Shown here one piece after another: positions 11,637 through 24,322 of a stretch of DNA of 64,000 bases (positions are counted from its first letter, which is position 1; each line of letters begins with the position of its first letter). The DNA is from Amphiscolops sp. MND2022 (Eukaryota). Location of the stretch: positions 16,680,001 to 16,744,000 of the forward strand of contig OZ076409.1 in assembly GCA_964187785.1 (NCBI GenBank), read 5' to 3'. The position numbers and the translations under genes are program-made. The notes below the pieces were generated by a model, which saw only the letters and a program-made list of their open reading frames with translations, did no database searches and was not told where the DNA came from.

Positions 11637-14190
11637 TTGATAAACGCGTTGGCCACCGAACCGATGGCGGTGCCCCATACCGGTTCACAATCATGGATCA
11701 CGATAGATGGTTCGCGTTTTTCAGACGACATGTCTGACGAAGTCACTATCGAACAACAGCGAAAAGAGGAATTGGCCGCTATGGTTCCCCCCTCAGAGAA
11801 CTCCAGTGTTTCTGAAAATTCGCGTCGAACCGAGCAGTGGGTCGACGAAACCTGCCGCGATAGAGCCAATGAAGTGGAAGAGGGCTGGCCCAATTCGAAT
11901 GCAACCGATGAATTGGCGGCTGAGGAAGGGTGCTCGCGCGCACCCCCGGCTGGAGAGACACAACTTGGCTCACAGACCGACGTGGAGCAGGACTTCACTT
12001 ATGTGGGAGGCATGAGTTATGCGAGACAGCGAGGACTCGGGACCACTCGAGGACCTACCCGGGTCTGTGCCTATGGAAAGCACAAGAAGGTGCGACCACC
12101 CATACTGCAGGTAGGCGAGCCACGTCAAGAGGTATCCCGTGTCAGGAGTATGACAGGCTCATTGGCCTCGTCGCAACGGTCTTCGGTATACAAGGCAGCG
12201 TTATTGGATGCCCAAGCCGAAACCCAACGGGCTCTAGCAGGTCTGGCCAGCACTCGTGCTGAATGCAATGAGCAACATCTTGCCATCGTGGAGAACATTA
12301 AAGTGATGCAGACGACGATGCGCGAGGGCCTGCAAGTCAGCGATCAATTGCGTACCGCGCAGAACGTGCAAAATGCTAGAGTGGACACATTGGGTCACCG
12401 GATAGGAGAGATGAACGACATGTTGATGGCTCGCGAGTTGCGCGTGGAAACGCAGATCAACGACTTAAGCAATCAGATGCACACGGTACTCAATGCCATT
12501 GATGTCATGAGGCGTGAGAGGTCACTCCCGCGGCAGCCCAGTGCAAGTGGAGGCGGGCGTGCGGAATGGAGGTCCAGTCCGTATCTCGGAGCCGACGTGC
12601 CCGAGCCAGGTAGTGAAATCGGAACTGCCGAGCGTGCTGAAGCCTAGCACTTCCAGGCCGGCAGTGCCTGCGCCCCGGAAAGATGAAGGAGTAGCCGGAA
12701 ATTTGGTGATAGCCACGCCTGAGGCAGAGCGCAAGCCTGCACGAGTGCAGATGAGGGGACATCACGACTCAGCAGAGTCATCGATGCCTTCTGCAATCCA
12801 GAGCACCACTCGAGATCAAGGCGTGGAACCGATGTCGACCATCTATCTTGATTCTTCGGTTGAAGTCGACTTATCCAACACCAAGGCAACCCTAGGCTCT
12901 CAAACCGAGGGAGCAACGTTTGCAACTGCCCCTATTTCGATGTCAGGACCAGACTCCTTATACTTGACCGCAGACTTGTCAGCCGATCATGGACTGCCCT
13001 CGGGCACTCCCTGTGCTAGCAGCACTCGTAAAAAGGACGAAATCGCTGACCTGTCCATACAAGCCACTCTTGGTAGTCATGACAGGACGCGCGAGGGGGA
13101 GGCTAAGGTCGAAGAAGGAGAAGCCATATCCCCTGAGCAGCTGAGATTCACGGCCGCCATATCAAAGGCGATGTCAAAAGAGTTAGCGCCCTTACTCGCC
13201 GGCAGAGACTTGGCTCAGGCGAGACCCAATGTATATCGCGGTTCCAAAGACAGATCCATTGATGGGTGGATCCTCATTATGCAGAGATACCTGAAGAGAA
13301 CGCAAACCAAGGTCTCAGCCGAGGACCAGGCCTGGAGCATCATCGATCACCTTGAAGGTGAAGCGCGCAACTACATCATTAAGAAAGCGGAATCCGAACG
13401 TGACACCCCCGAGAAGGTGTTCGAATTGTTATCCAGCCACTTTGGCGCTGGGGGAAATCGTATGCAAGTACGACAAGCTTTCCAGAGCCGCATTCAACAT
13501 GAGAAAGAAGACTGGATGCAGTATTTAGACGCTCTAGAGGGTTTTAGAAGTCAAGGATTCCCGCAAGAGACAATCACTACCAAGCGCTATGAAATCCTCC
13601 AGCGCTTCATGGAAGGCGTACGAGACCCAGCGCTGAGGCGGGAGCTTGCCATAGTGTATGCCTCGGAAGTCTTCCTGACCGAGCCACCTACGGTGGAATC
13701 CCTTCGCTTCACAACCCGCCAATTGCAGCGCAATCGCCCCAAACCCAACCAATTCCCTCAACCCTATGACCCCAGACTAGCAATGAGGTCTAGACCTCAT
13801 CCCTTCGCGCCGCTACCCCCTAACAAGATGGTGTTACCACAAGGAGTAATGCCTCCCCCACCTGCGAGCAATGCCCCGCCAAATCAGGCAGCAGCGCAGC
13901 CTGCGGTACGCCTACCCGTTGGCGCATGCTTTAATTGCGGTCAAGCTGGACACTTTGCCCGGGACTGTCCCACCCAAGATGTAACTGATGGCGTGTTGGA
14001 GAATTATCCAGGCATTCATCAGTGTGCGCACTGTGGAGTCTATGACCATGTGGATGTCCCCTGTGGTGAGCATTCTCAAGCTCCAAGGCCTAATGATGAA
14101 TTGGCCTATAATCGATGGGCCGAGGTGGAATCCGCTGGTGTGGCCGCCCACACGGTACCCCTGGAAGATGATCGCGTGTTAATGCTGCAC
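11637..14190 (+). pseudogene. gag: gag of element 1 (coiled coil, capsid-like domain, CCHC knuckle); frameshifted near 12540 and cut by the insertion at 14190
   Basis: ORFs 11637-12647 and 12514-14190 align consecutively with element 2 Gag. Zinc knuckle CFNCGQAGHFARDC. Confidence 0.9.
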
Positions 14191-15207
14191 ATTACGACGC
14201 CAATCGGGGAAGTTTTGATTTTTTCAAGAATTGACAAAAGTTGGTTTTCTCACCTACCAAAATGTGTTTTCAAGAAATCACAAAAGTTGTGCACTTCAAA
14301 GAAAATGGTAGTGCCGCCAAAATGATTGAAGAATTCACACACTAATATTAGCAGTGCAAAAATGAAATTTTCAAGAAACGAGAAAATTGATTTGTGGATT
14401 CTTCATTTTAATGATAATCTATGCTGCACGTGTAACATCATTGGTGTGAGGATTCTTCGCATTTTGTCATTTCTTGTTTACTTTTCTGAATTCTTGATTA
14501 CTTTTCTGGATTCTTGAACACTTTTATGGATTCTTCTAAAAAATATGGTAATTAAATCTAACTTCTTTCTGGATTCATCAAAAACTTATCTCTGTTCTTT
14601 ATAACAATAACTGTAAATAAAATCGTAAAACCAACGGAGAATCGACACAATCTGATTGAATTAAGATTTTTTGATAATTTTGTCTATTGTTCTATTTGAA
14701 TTCAAACATAATATCTTCTTCAAATATCTCTAAACGACTCTTCTAGAGCAAAGTAACGACTCCATGAGTGTATGAACAACAGCTAGTTCATTCTTCAAAT
14801 GACTGGCCACGACTGACGACCACGAGTGGACAAGTAGACTTCAGACATAGTTTCACGTTTCAATGACAGTTCATTTTTGTCTAGAATTGTGCTATTTGAA
14901 ATCAAACATTTTATATCCAAAGTTGTTTTGTTCACAAAGTAAATTTTATTTCAGTTTAATTTTTTTTAATTCAGACTTTTTTCATTAAATCTAAGACTTG
15001 AAGCGACTCTATACAGACCACTCTGTATTCCCCACATGTCGATATGGTAAACGACATCGTTCCACTTCACAGCGATTGGACGGCATAATTGAAGATCCAA
15101 TAAACTGCGCTACTGCATCCCTTTTTGATGTGAAAAGGATAAATCAGTTGTTGATCGGTATTTTCCTTTACAGCGATAGGAAGGCACAATTGAAGATCCA
15201 CTGCATC

Positions 15208-15534
15208 CAGGGGTGTTCAATAAATAATTATGAGTGAGAATAATTGAAATGAATAAAATAAAATAATTTACTTCTACACTCAAATGAACAAAAATAATTA
15301 TTTTTGAACCTGTTAAAAGAAAAATAATTATTCTTGAGGTAACTAAAACTAACTAAGAACGTTTAATTCAACATATCGTCACCCATATAAATTCGAATAT
15401 ACAGAAATCTTGAGCTAATTTCCAGCTTGAGCTATAAATTCTTTTGACAAAAAATATATTTTTTTCTAATATGAAAATAAAATACTTGATTTTAAGGCAA
15501 CAAGAATATTCGAAAAAAGTATTGAACACCCCTG
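15208..15534. mobile_element. hAT-type MITE, copy 1
   Basis: 15-bp TIR CAGGGGTGTTCAATA / TATTGAACACCCCTG with 8-bp TSD ACTGCATC. Confidence 0.88.
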
Positions 15535-16714
15535 ACTGCATCCCTTTTTGATGTGAAAAAAAAGTTGATCGTGGTTATTTTCTTTCACAGCAATAGGAAG
15601 GCACTTTTGAAGATCCACTGCATCCCTTTTTGATGTGATGCATCCCCATTCGTTATTTTTCACTGCGATACGAAGGCAAAATTGAAGGTTCAATACGCCA
15701 CAGCATCCTTTTTTGATGGTAAAAACAGTGATGTCCATGTTCCATAACTAAAAAGAAATGAAAACTATTAAATCTGTAAACTGGGTATACTGAATTGATT
15801 TCAAATTTTACGGCGAATTGCGCAGTAGAATCGAGGAACTAATTACTATACATGGTAGGAAGAATCTATAATTGGATAATAAAACATGCGAGCGTGTAAA
15901 TAGAAAGTTATGGTCCACGAGTTCAAACCAAATTTGTTCGTTCATTTTTGTGGATTCTTCACAACAATAGGAAAGCTATGAACCTACGTTCGTAAACTCC
16001 GTACAAAAACGGTTTGAATTTATGTGTATTTGAATTATCGAATTACAAAATTAATGGTAACCTATGATTGCATCAACCTTCAACTGAAAACTAAGAATAT
16101 GGTCCCTAAACAATTGCTCCCGGAGTCGTTACAAAATATTGGGAAGGATCATTTTTGCATCGAAAAAGATGAACTAATCGAACTCCACTAAAACGTACGA
16201 AAAAGCCACAAAATTACCTGACATCACGTATTCGGAAGGATCCAAAACACAGCCTTTTTTCTCAACTTCTTCAATGTATGTCGCCTTACTAAGTATGGTT
16301 TTGAAAAGCTATCAATCAAAAAAAATATTCTTTGATAAAAGAGGTTGTTATCAATCAATCATTACTTAGACCAAAGTAAGAATAGTATACAATTGAGCAA
16401 TCAAATTCGTGTTAGTATTTATTTGTGTGCGATACAACGGCATATAGGGGATGGTAGCGCAGTTGATATTTCACATGAGTATGCAGTGAAGCTAGACGCG
16501 TTGTCTACCACCGGATCGAACCTCACATATACACTCTTTGGCGACTCTATACAGACCATCGTTTCACTTCACAGCGATTGGAAGGCATAATTGTAGATCC
16601 AATGAGCTCAACTGCGCTACTGCATCCCTTTTTGATGTGAAAAGGATAAATCAGTTGTTGATCGTTATTTTCCTTTACAGCGATAGGAAGGCACAATTGA
16701 AGATCCACTGCATC

Positions 16715-17064
16715 CAGGGGTGTTCAATAAACAACTTTACCTAAGAATCATTGAAATGAAAAAAAAATAAAATAATTTACTTCTACCCTTAAATGAACAA
16801 AAATAATTATTTTTGAACCTGTTAAAAGAAAAACAATTATTCTTGAGCTAACAAAACTAACTAGGAACGTTCAATTCAACATATCGTCAGCCAATTAAAT
16901 TCGAACATACAGAAACAGCTTTTGTTGATATCCGTTTTTCGCTGAGAATAAAAATATTTCTTTTAACAAAAAAAATAATGAAATCGTTTATTTTTTCACT
17001 ATGAAAATAAAATAATTTATTTTTAGGCAACGATAATTATCGAATAAAATATTGAACACTCCTG
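16715..17064. mobile_element. hAT-type MITE, copy 2
   Basis: Same TIRs (one mismatch), same 8-bp TSD ACTGCATC and same flanks as copy 1. Confidence 0.85.
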
Positions 17065-17695
17065 ACTGCATCCCTTTTTGATGTAGAAAAAGATCAGTTG
17101 TAAATTTCCTTCACAGCGATAGGAAGGCACTTTTGAAGATCCACTGCATCACTTTCTGATCTGCAAAAAGATCAGTTCTTTGTTGGTGCTTTTCACAGCG
17201 ATAGGAAGGCATTTTTGAAGATCCACCGCATCTTTTGATGTGGAGAAAGATCAGTTGATCCTTGTTAATTTCTCTCACAGCGAGAGGAAGGCACTTTTGA
17301 AAATCCACTGCATCCCTTTTTGATCTGAAAAAAGATCAGTTGATTGTTGGTACTTCTCAATAAGATAATAAATGGGATATAATTGGATAATAAAACATGC
17401 GAGAGTGTAAATCGAGAGTATTGGTCCACGAATTCAAAACAAATTTGTTCGTTCATTTTTGTGGATTCTTCACAACAATAGGACTGCTATGAACATACCT
17501 TTTAAAACCTCATGCAAAAATGGTTTGCAATTTTGATTCAATTGAAAAAAACATGAAAAAATACATTGCAATTTTGTAACTAATGAAAAAATACAATGAT
17601 CTTTGTAATCGCGTTGCCTAAGCTTGGTAAAAAGAATTTTCGAGTGGTAACTGTATCTTCAATTATCTTGGAACATATGGTACTGTTCGATCTCT

Positions 17696-18196
17696 TAGTT
17701 GAACAATTTGGGACCATGTGTTCAATTCCCCCCAGGTACACCTTGCTGCGAATTTCCCCCCCCCCCCCGAACACGAAAACACATTTTGTTCTTTAATAAA
17801 AATATCTCACTAGTAAGAGAATATTATATGAAAGTATATACTCAGAGGGTTGCCTCTACAACTGTTTGGACACTTCAGGTAAAAAAATTACCAAAATGTT
17901 TTGATATTATTATCCAAAATAGCAGAAATTTGCGTTTTAAACAAACTAAAATTGTATAAAAAAGCCCCGAATTCAGCGCAAATTTTGTCCGCTATAAAAT
18001 CAAATTAGCAATTTTTAAATGACAGTCAATGTAATGGATAGGATTATGTCGACATCAATTATTATATTGGACCAAAATTTCAACGCAAACTATGTCGACA
18101 TAATGGTTTTTGAACCTTCTGTCTTATTTCCTCCCCCCACCCGCCGCAGTTTGAGGAGGGGGGAATTGAACACATGGTCCACAATTTGTTCAACTA
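17696..18196. mobile_element. ~500-bp MITE-like element, possibly with TA target duplication
   Basis: ~38-bp imperfect inverted repeats (TA)GTTGAACAAwTTG(T)GGACCATGTGTTCAATTCCCCCC at both ends. Confidence 0.7.
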
Positions 18197-18334
18197 GGCA
18201 GGTATCTTGTCAACCTATTGTTGATCATTGTTCTTTTAACCGCTACCACATTCCCCCGCCGGCAATTGACGGTTGGGAATTTCCATTAATATACTAATAC
18301 AAGTAGTAAAAAGAACAACTAAATTTGTTTATGT

Positions 18335-21300
18335 TTATTTGGTACAGTTGAAGTCATGCGCTGATGGAGCAATGGCAATGACGTCCCTGTACTTCATGAA
18401 ATCAGACTGCAGCCAAGGCCTGACTTCGAAAGAGCGGGTGATGAACTTTTTTTCTGTAAGGCTCCATTCTGAAACAGTAACATGCAGTCGTAACATCTGG
18501 GAGCAAGTGTCTACGGGAGGGGAACCATTGGATGACTTGGAAATTCGGGAGCATACAAATTGAAAGAAGATTTTTTTGAATGCAGATTTTGGACAACGAT
18601 TACTTTGAAGGTGCAACTTCCTTTGAATGCAAAGGTACCCTTTTATTCAAAACCAATTACCTCTTCGGTGGGTTCGGAGCGGCTGCGGAGTGGCTGCAAT
18701 CTCTCGAGTGACCAAGGTGAGACTGTCTACGGCCTCGCAGAAATCTTCTTCATCATACGGTGGCTGGTTGCATGGGGGATGGCTGGTTGGAAATTGGAAC
18801 CGACCATGATCATCGGTTTTCGATTCAAGACGGTTTTCGATTCAAGCCAAGTTCGTTTTCTTCAGGGAGACGGTCAAGAAACTTCCTCCTGAATATCGTC
18901 CCTTGCTTGGCTCCTCGTCGAACACAGCCATGTTGAAGGCAGGGAACACCTGTAACAAACACAACTTTTATCTTAACAATTTTATTGGGACCTAAATACT
19001 ATTGAGATACTGTCAGGATACATATCTACCCCTCGTAAAATTTATCAATTTTGGGATTGCTCACAACAACAAAACAACGAGCATGTTTGTTAGAAGACTT
19101 ACTTCTGTAGTGGAGGCTTCTCCGTTCTTCATGTGTTCTGCTACTTTTTGGAAGAGGTGCCTGTACTCATCACCCAAGTAGTTGGGGCGCAGCTTGCGGT
19201 AGTTGTACAGCAACACACTCCACACTGTCGTCAAATCGGGATATCTGGAATACATAAATATTATACTCAAGGTAACAATTTACAAGAGAACAATTGGTGG
19301 AGGGGTATTAGATGTGACACTTATAATGTTCTATTGAGTATGCATTAATATTTCCCAACTTCAAACTTATGTTCCCTGACAAATTGCTCCCGGAGTCGTT
19401 ACAAAACTTTCGTGGATGATTGTTTTGAATTGGTCCCCAAAGATGCTCCCGGATTCGTTAAAAATATTGGGAAAGGTTGTGTCTTCTATAACATTTTGAA
19501 TTGATTGCCGAACATGCTCCCGGAGTCGTTACAAAATAAAAAGAGGAGGTGTTTCTGCATTGTTTAATGTCCTTCACATTCTCGTTTCAGCTATATAGAT
19601 GGTAGAGGAAGTATAGTGATGTTGTATATTTTCTATATATAAAACTTTACCGTGTATCTTCTTCAATGTCGAAGTGGGCATCCACAATTAGTCTACTGTG
19701 CCCAAAACTCAGGAAATTAGCACCGAGTGCAATTGAGTCGCCGTGGGTAAGGACACAGTGAATCCACTTTGAAGGCAGAACAATGGCATCACCTGCCCTT
19801 GCATGGATCCTGTGACAGCCCCCCTCTAACGTCTGCAGGTCTCCAAATGATGTTGTTCTAAATATCACACATAAAAAACACAAATGAGGGGTTTTGATAG
19901 AATTCAGTTGAGTGTTTATTTTCAGCATTACCCGAAAAATGACAATTTTTTTCTAAAGAGATTGTCTACTTTCTATACACTAAACGAACATAGATTTTAG
20001 GGAAATGACGTGAAGTAGGATGTTTATACTTACAGGCTGCGAGGGTCTTTCTCACTGTACTGCTGAAAGAGTTGCAAGTTCTTCTTTGTTGGCTCAACAA
20101 GCCAGAAGATTTTCTCACCGAGCAGTACCACGTAGAAAACTGACGTGCTTGCGAAATCAATGTGCCACGGGGTGACACATTTGTCGTTGGATAGCAGCAG
20201 GTAGTTCCACGTGCTCTCCGTCAAGTACCCATCGCTCTGAGAACCTGCCAGATTTGACTCAACATAGCGGTCGATTGCGGCATTTCGTACCGCAGTAGGT
20301 GGTGAAAACATCTAAAAACGAATGTACTTAAACTACTTAAAATGTGAAAGTTGCTTTCTTATATCTTAAGAAGAAAATTTCGCAGAGTCGTTTACATATG
20401 GGAACTGGGCACCTATAAAATTTGTCAGTGACTTTCAAAGGTGTTTAAAAGTTATTTTTTCTTCACTTTACTGTTTAACTAGTTTCCATTTTATCTAAAT
20501 ATCTCATTACCGCATGTTGAAGGGTTGCATCTAGCACGTTGACAGGAAAGAGTCCTTCACGGGCTGCTTCTGGGCCGGAACGCTGTTCCGCCAGATACTC
20601 CTCTCTGGTCAAACTTCGTATCTGCAAATACATTTTGTACTCTAGTTCAAATGATTTTTTGTTGAATGTGAAAACGCAGTAGAATTGAGACAATAGTGAC
20701 TAAATGTTGCGAAGAATCTACCACTGGATAATAAAACATTGAAAATTTAATTTGAAGGTAGTGGTTCATGATTTTAAAGCTACACAAAATATACATTTTT
20801 TGTGGATTCTTCGCAAAAATGTGATTTGAACAATTTTGTTTTGGCTGCGAGAACACAGTAGAAATGGGACAATAATGATAAAACACGTTGCGAAGAATCT
20901 ACCACTGGATAATAAAACATTGAAAATTTAATTTGAAGGTAGTTGTCCATGATATTTCACAACGATACAAATGAAAACTTTTGCGAATTCTTCACAGCGA
21001 TAAATATACGCGTTTGTGTGCGTGCTCTTAAATCCAGGAAAGTTTTTCTGTAAACCAACCGCACTTTATAGTTTAAAATCTCACCTCGTTCACTCTGGCC
21101 GACTTTGCAGAAATGGGGACATCCGGGTTGGCAACATGCTGCAACAAATGTCCTGCTAGAGGCAGAAACTGAGTTGCCTTGTCCTCCGGAACATGGGGTA
21201 TGACGAGGCCTTCTGCGTTGTCCCTTGCACCTCTCCACAAGATGGGGAAACCATGGGCCAAATAACAGAAGACTTTCTTCGTCTGATCTTCCACGGCCCC

Positions 21301-24062
21301 ATTCCAAACAACGCACTTTGGGACGGTGCTCTGACGCGTCCCCTCGATGTGCTCGTAGTACCTAAGAACAAAAAACAACTACTTTTTTTCCTAGTACAAT
21401 TAAAGGTCTTTATTATTCTGGCACGGATTAAATATTCATTTTTATCTACCTATAGGTATGAAAAGGAAATTGACATCTGTTGTATTCTGGTAAGGTCAGC
21501 TATAGTTTTAACAAAAAAGTATTCTATTTGACTTTCATTTCTTTCAAACTTGCAATAACATATTATGCCAAATAATACTTGAGTACTCTATGTATTCTGT
21601 AGCATAGCTATCAACTCGAATTTCCCTCACCTGTAAGTGCCGTCCTTAGCCGCTTTCTGGGGAACCGGTAGAAGTTCATGTCCTTGAACCTGTGATTCGG
21701 CACTCGCTCCAGATGGCGCAGCAGATTGCTCCGGGAAGAAAACTGCTGTTCACAGCCCTCACAGCTTGTTGGCTTGAGTTTCCCCGTTACAGTCTCTGGA
21801 ATAAAAGAAAAACTTCAAAACAACTTCAAAACATGGGCGTTACGTTTCTATACCGCAAGCACAACTATCAAACTATCATTAGTTTCTCAAAAGTGTAAAA
21901 GATACTTGTAACCATATATAGCAAGACCGTTTCTCTAGGCAGGTTTGTAATGACATCGGTAACTTACTGTATTTCTTCAGAGCTGGGGAAAGACCTTGAG
22001 CCAATTCACTCGCCCTCTTGGCACAGCTCTGGGTCTGCTGATGACGTTTGAGGGCATCTTTTGTCGACACAGGTTGTAGACACAGGTTGCAAGTGAAGCT
22101 ACCACTTCCGCTGGCCACCTCCGGCACCGGCTTGGATCCTTCGCATTTTTGGACGTGTCTGTTGTAATTGAACAACCTGGTCGACTCATAAGGGCACTTC
22201 GGACACTTCATCTGGGGTTTTGGAGGCATTTTCTGTTTTATGAAAAAAATTATTTTAGTTTTTTTTTAATTTGTTTCCTTATGATCTGTTTCCATATTTC
22301 CTTACATTTATCGCGCTCATGGAGCCGTTACAACCTCCTGGCTAAACATTAACTTGTTGTTCTCTATCCGTTGCGCTCTTGGAGTTGTTACATCAAACTA
22401 AACATTTGTTTTTAGTCCTGTTGTCATCCTGCTCATGGAGTCGTTACGAGGGATTCTCAAATAACATATGAGCAATTAGCATAAAAAATGGGACATTAGC
22501 ATAAAACACAGTAGAAATGGGACAATAATGATAAAACACGTTGCGAAGAATCTACCACTGGATAATAAAACATTGAAAATTTATTATGAAGGTAGTGGTT
22601 CATGATTTTAAAGCTACACAAAATATACATTTTCGTGGATTCTTCGCAAAAGTATGATTTGAACAAGTTTGTTTTGGCTGCGAGAACGCAGTAGAATTGG
22701 GACAATAATGATAAAACACGTTGCGAAGAATCTACCACTGGATAATAAAACATTGAAAATTTAATTTGAAGGTAGTTGTCCATGATATTTCACAACGATA
22801 CAAATGAAAACTTTTGCGAATTCTTCACAGCGATAAATATACGCGTTTGTGTGCGTGCTCTTAAATCCAGGAAAGTTTTTCTGTAAACCAACCGCACTTT
22901 ATAGTTTAAAATCTCACCTCGTTCACTCTGGCCGACTTTGCAGAAATGGGGACATCCGGGTTGGCAACATGCTGCAACAAATGTCCTGCTAGAGGCAGAA
23001 ACTGAGTTGCCTTGTCCTCCGGAACATGGGGTATGACGAGGCCTTCTGCGTTGTCCCTTGCACCTCTCCACAAGATGGGGAAACCATGGGCCAAATAACA
23101 GAAGACTTTCTTCGTCTGATCTTCCACGGCCCCATTCCAAACAACGCACTTTGGGACGGTGCTCTGACGCGTCCCCTCGATGTGCTCGTAGTACCTAAGA
23201 ACAAAAAACAACTACTTTTTTTCCTAGTACAATTAAAGGTCTTTATTATTCTGGCACGGATTAAATATTCATTTTTATCTACCTATAGGTATGAAAAGGA
23301 AATTGACATCTGTTGTATTCTGGTAAGGTCAGCTATAGTTTTAACAAAAAAGTATTCTATTTGACTTTCATTTCTTTCAAACTTGCAATAACATATTATG
23401 CCAAATAATACTTGAGTACTCTATGTATTCTGTAGCATAGCTATCAACTCGAATTTCCCTCACCTGTAAGTGCCGTCCTTAGCCGCTTTCTGGGGAACCG
23501 GTAGAAGTTCATGTCCTTGAACCTGTGATTCGGCACTCGCTCCAGATGGCGCAGCAGATTGCTCCGGGAAGAAAACTGCTGTTCACAGCCCTCACAGCTT
23601 GTTGGCTTGAGTTTCCCCGTTACAGTCTCTGGAATAAAAGAAAAACTTCAAAACAACTTCAAAACATGGGCGTTACGTTTCTATACCGCAAGCACAACTA
23701 TCAAACTATCATTAGTTTCTCAAAAGTGTAAAAGATACTTGTAACCATATATAGCAAGACCGTTTCTCTAGGCAGGTTTGTAATGACATCGGTAACTTAC
23801 TGTATTTCTTCAGAGCTGGGGAAAGACCTTGAGCCAATTCACTCGCCCTCTTGGCACAGCTCTGGGTCTGCTGATGACGTTTGAGGGCATCTTTTGTCGA
23901 CACAGGTTGTAGACACAGGTTGCAAGTGAAGCTACCACTTCCGCTGGCCACCTCCGGCACCGGCTTGGATCCTTCGCATTTTTGGACGTGTCTGTTGTAA
24001 TTGAACAACCTGGTCGACTCATAAGGGCACTTCGGACACTTCATCTGGGGTTTTGGTGGCAT
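18335..24062 (-). pseudogene. Multi-exon zinc-finger + JmjC (KDM2/KDM7-like) histone demethylase gene; core exons intact, 3' part apparently decayed
   Basis: GT-AG exons: 24062-23801 (two C2HC fingers), 23628-23464 (CEGC..HLERVPNH), ~23194-22918 (PILWRG..GLVIP); duplicates 1833 bp lower; then 20621-20511 (VNVLDATLQ), 20311-20034 (YLLLS..CVTPWHIDFASTSVFY..GEKIFWLVEPT..NLQLF), 19857-19651 (PSKWIHCVLT..GANFL), 19244-19103 (YPDL..W). Splice phases agree from exon 3 to exon 7; the exon 2/3 phase is unresolved. Confidence 0.85.
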
Positions 24063-24322
24063 TTTCTGTTTTATGAAAAAAATTATTTTAGTTTTTTTTT
24101 AATTTGTTTCCTTATGATCTGTTTCCATATTTCCTTACATTTATCGCGCTCATGGAGCCGTTACAACCTCCTGGCTAAACATTAACTTGTTGTTCTCTAT
24201 CCGTTGCGCTCTTGGAGTTGTTACATCAAACTAAACATTTGTTTTTAGTCCTGTTGTCATCCTGCTCATGGAGTCGTTACGAGGGATTCTCAAATAACAT
24301 ATGAGCAATTAGCATAAAAAAT
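20865..24322. repeat. Near-identical tandem duplication, period 1833 bp, covering ZnF-JmjC exons 1-3
   Basis: ORF pairs offset by exactly 1833 (21879/23712, 21073/22906). One synonymous difference seen (CCT/CCA at codon 2). Confidence 0.95.

Larger units (their letters stand above)
15060..17345 (+). repeat. Clusters of a ~65-70-bp minisatellite within a duplicated block
   Basis: Unit TCACAGCGATAGGAAGGCACTTTTGAAGATCCACTGCATCCCTTTTTGATGTG repeated at ~15060-15720 and ~16565-17345. Confidence 0.85.

Noticed and set aside
16122..16133. The repeated motif ends in CGTTACA, the same 7-mer as the LTR terminus
   Set aside because: Seven-base match only with no further LTR similarity; treated as coincidence.
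15060..17345. CRISPR-like repeat/spacer pattern
   Set aside because: Eukaryotic context, degenerate contiguous units without unique spacers, no cas genes.
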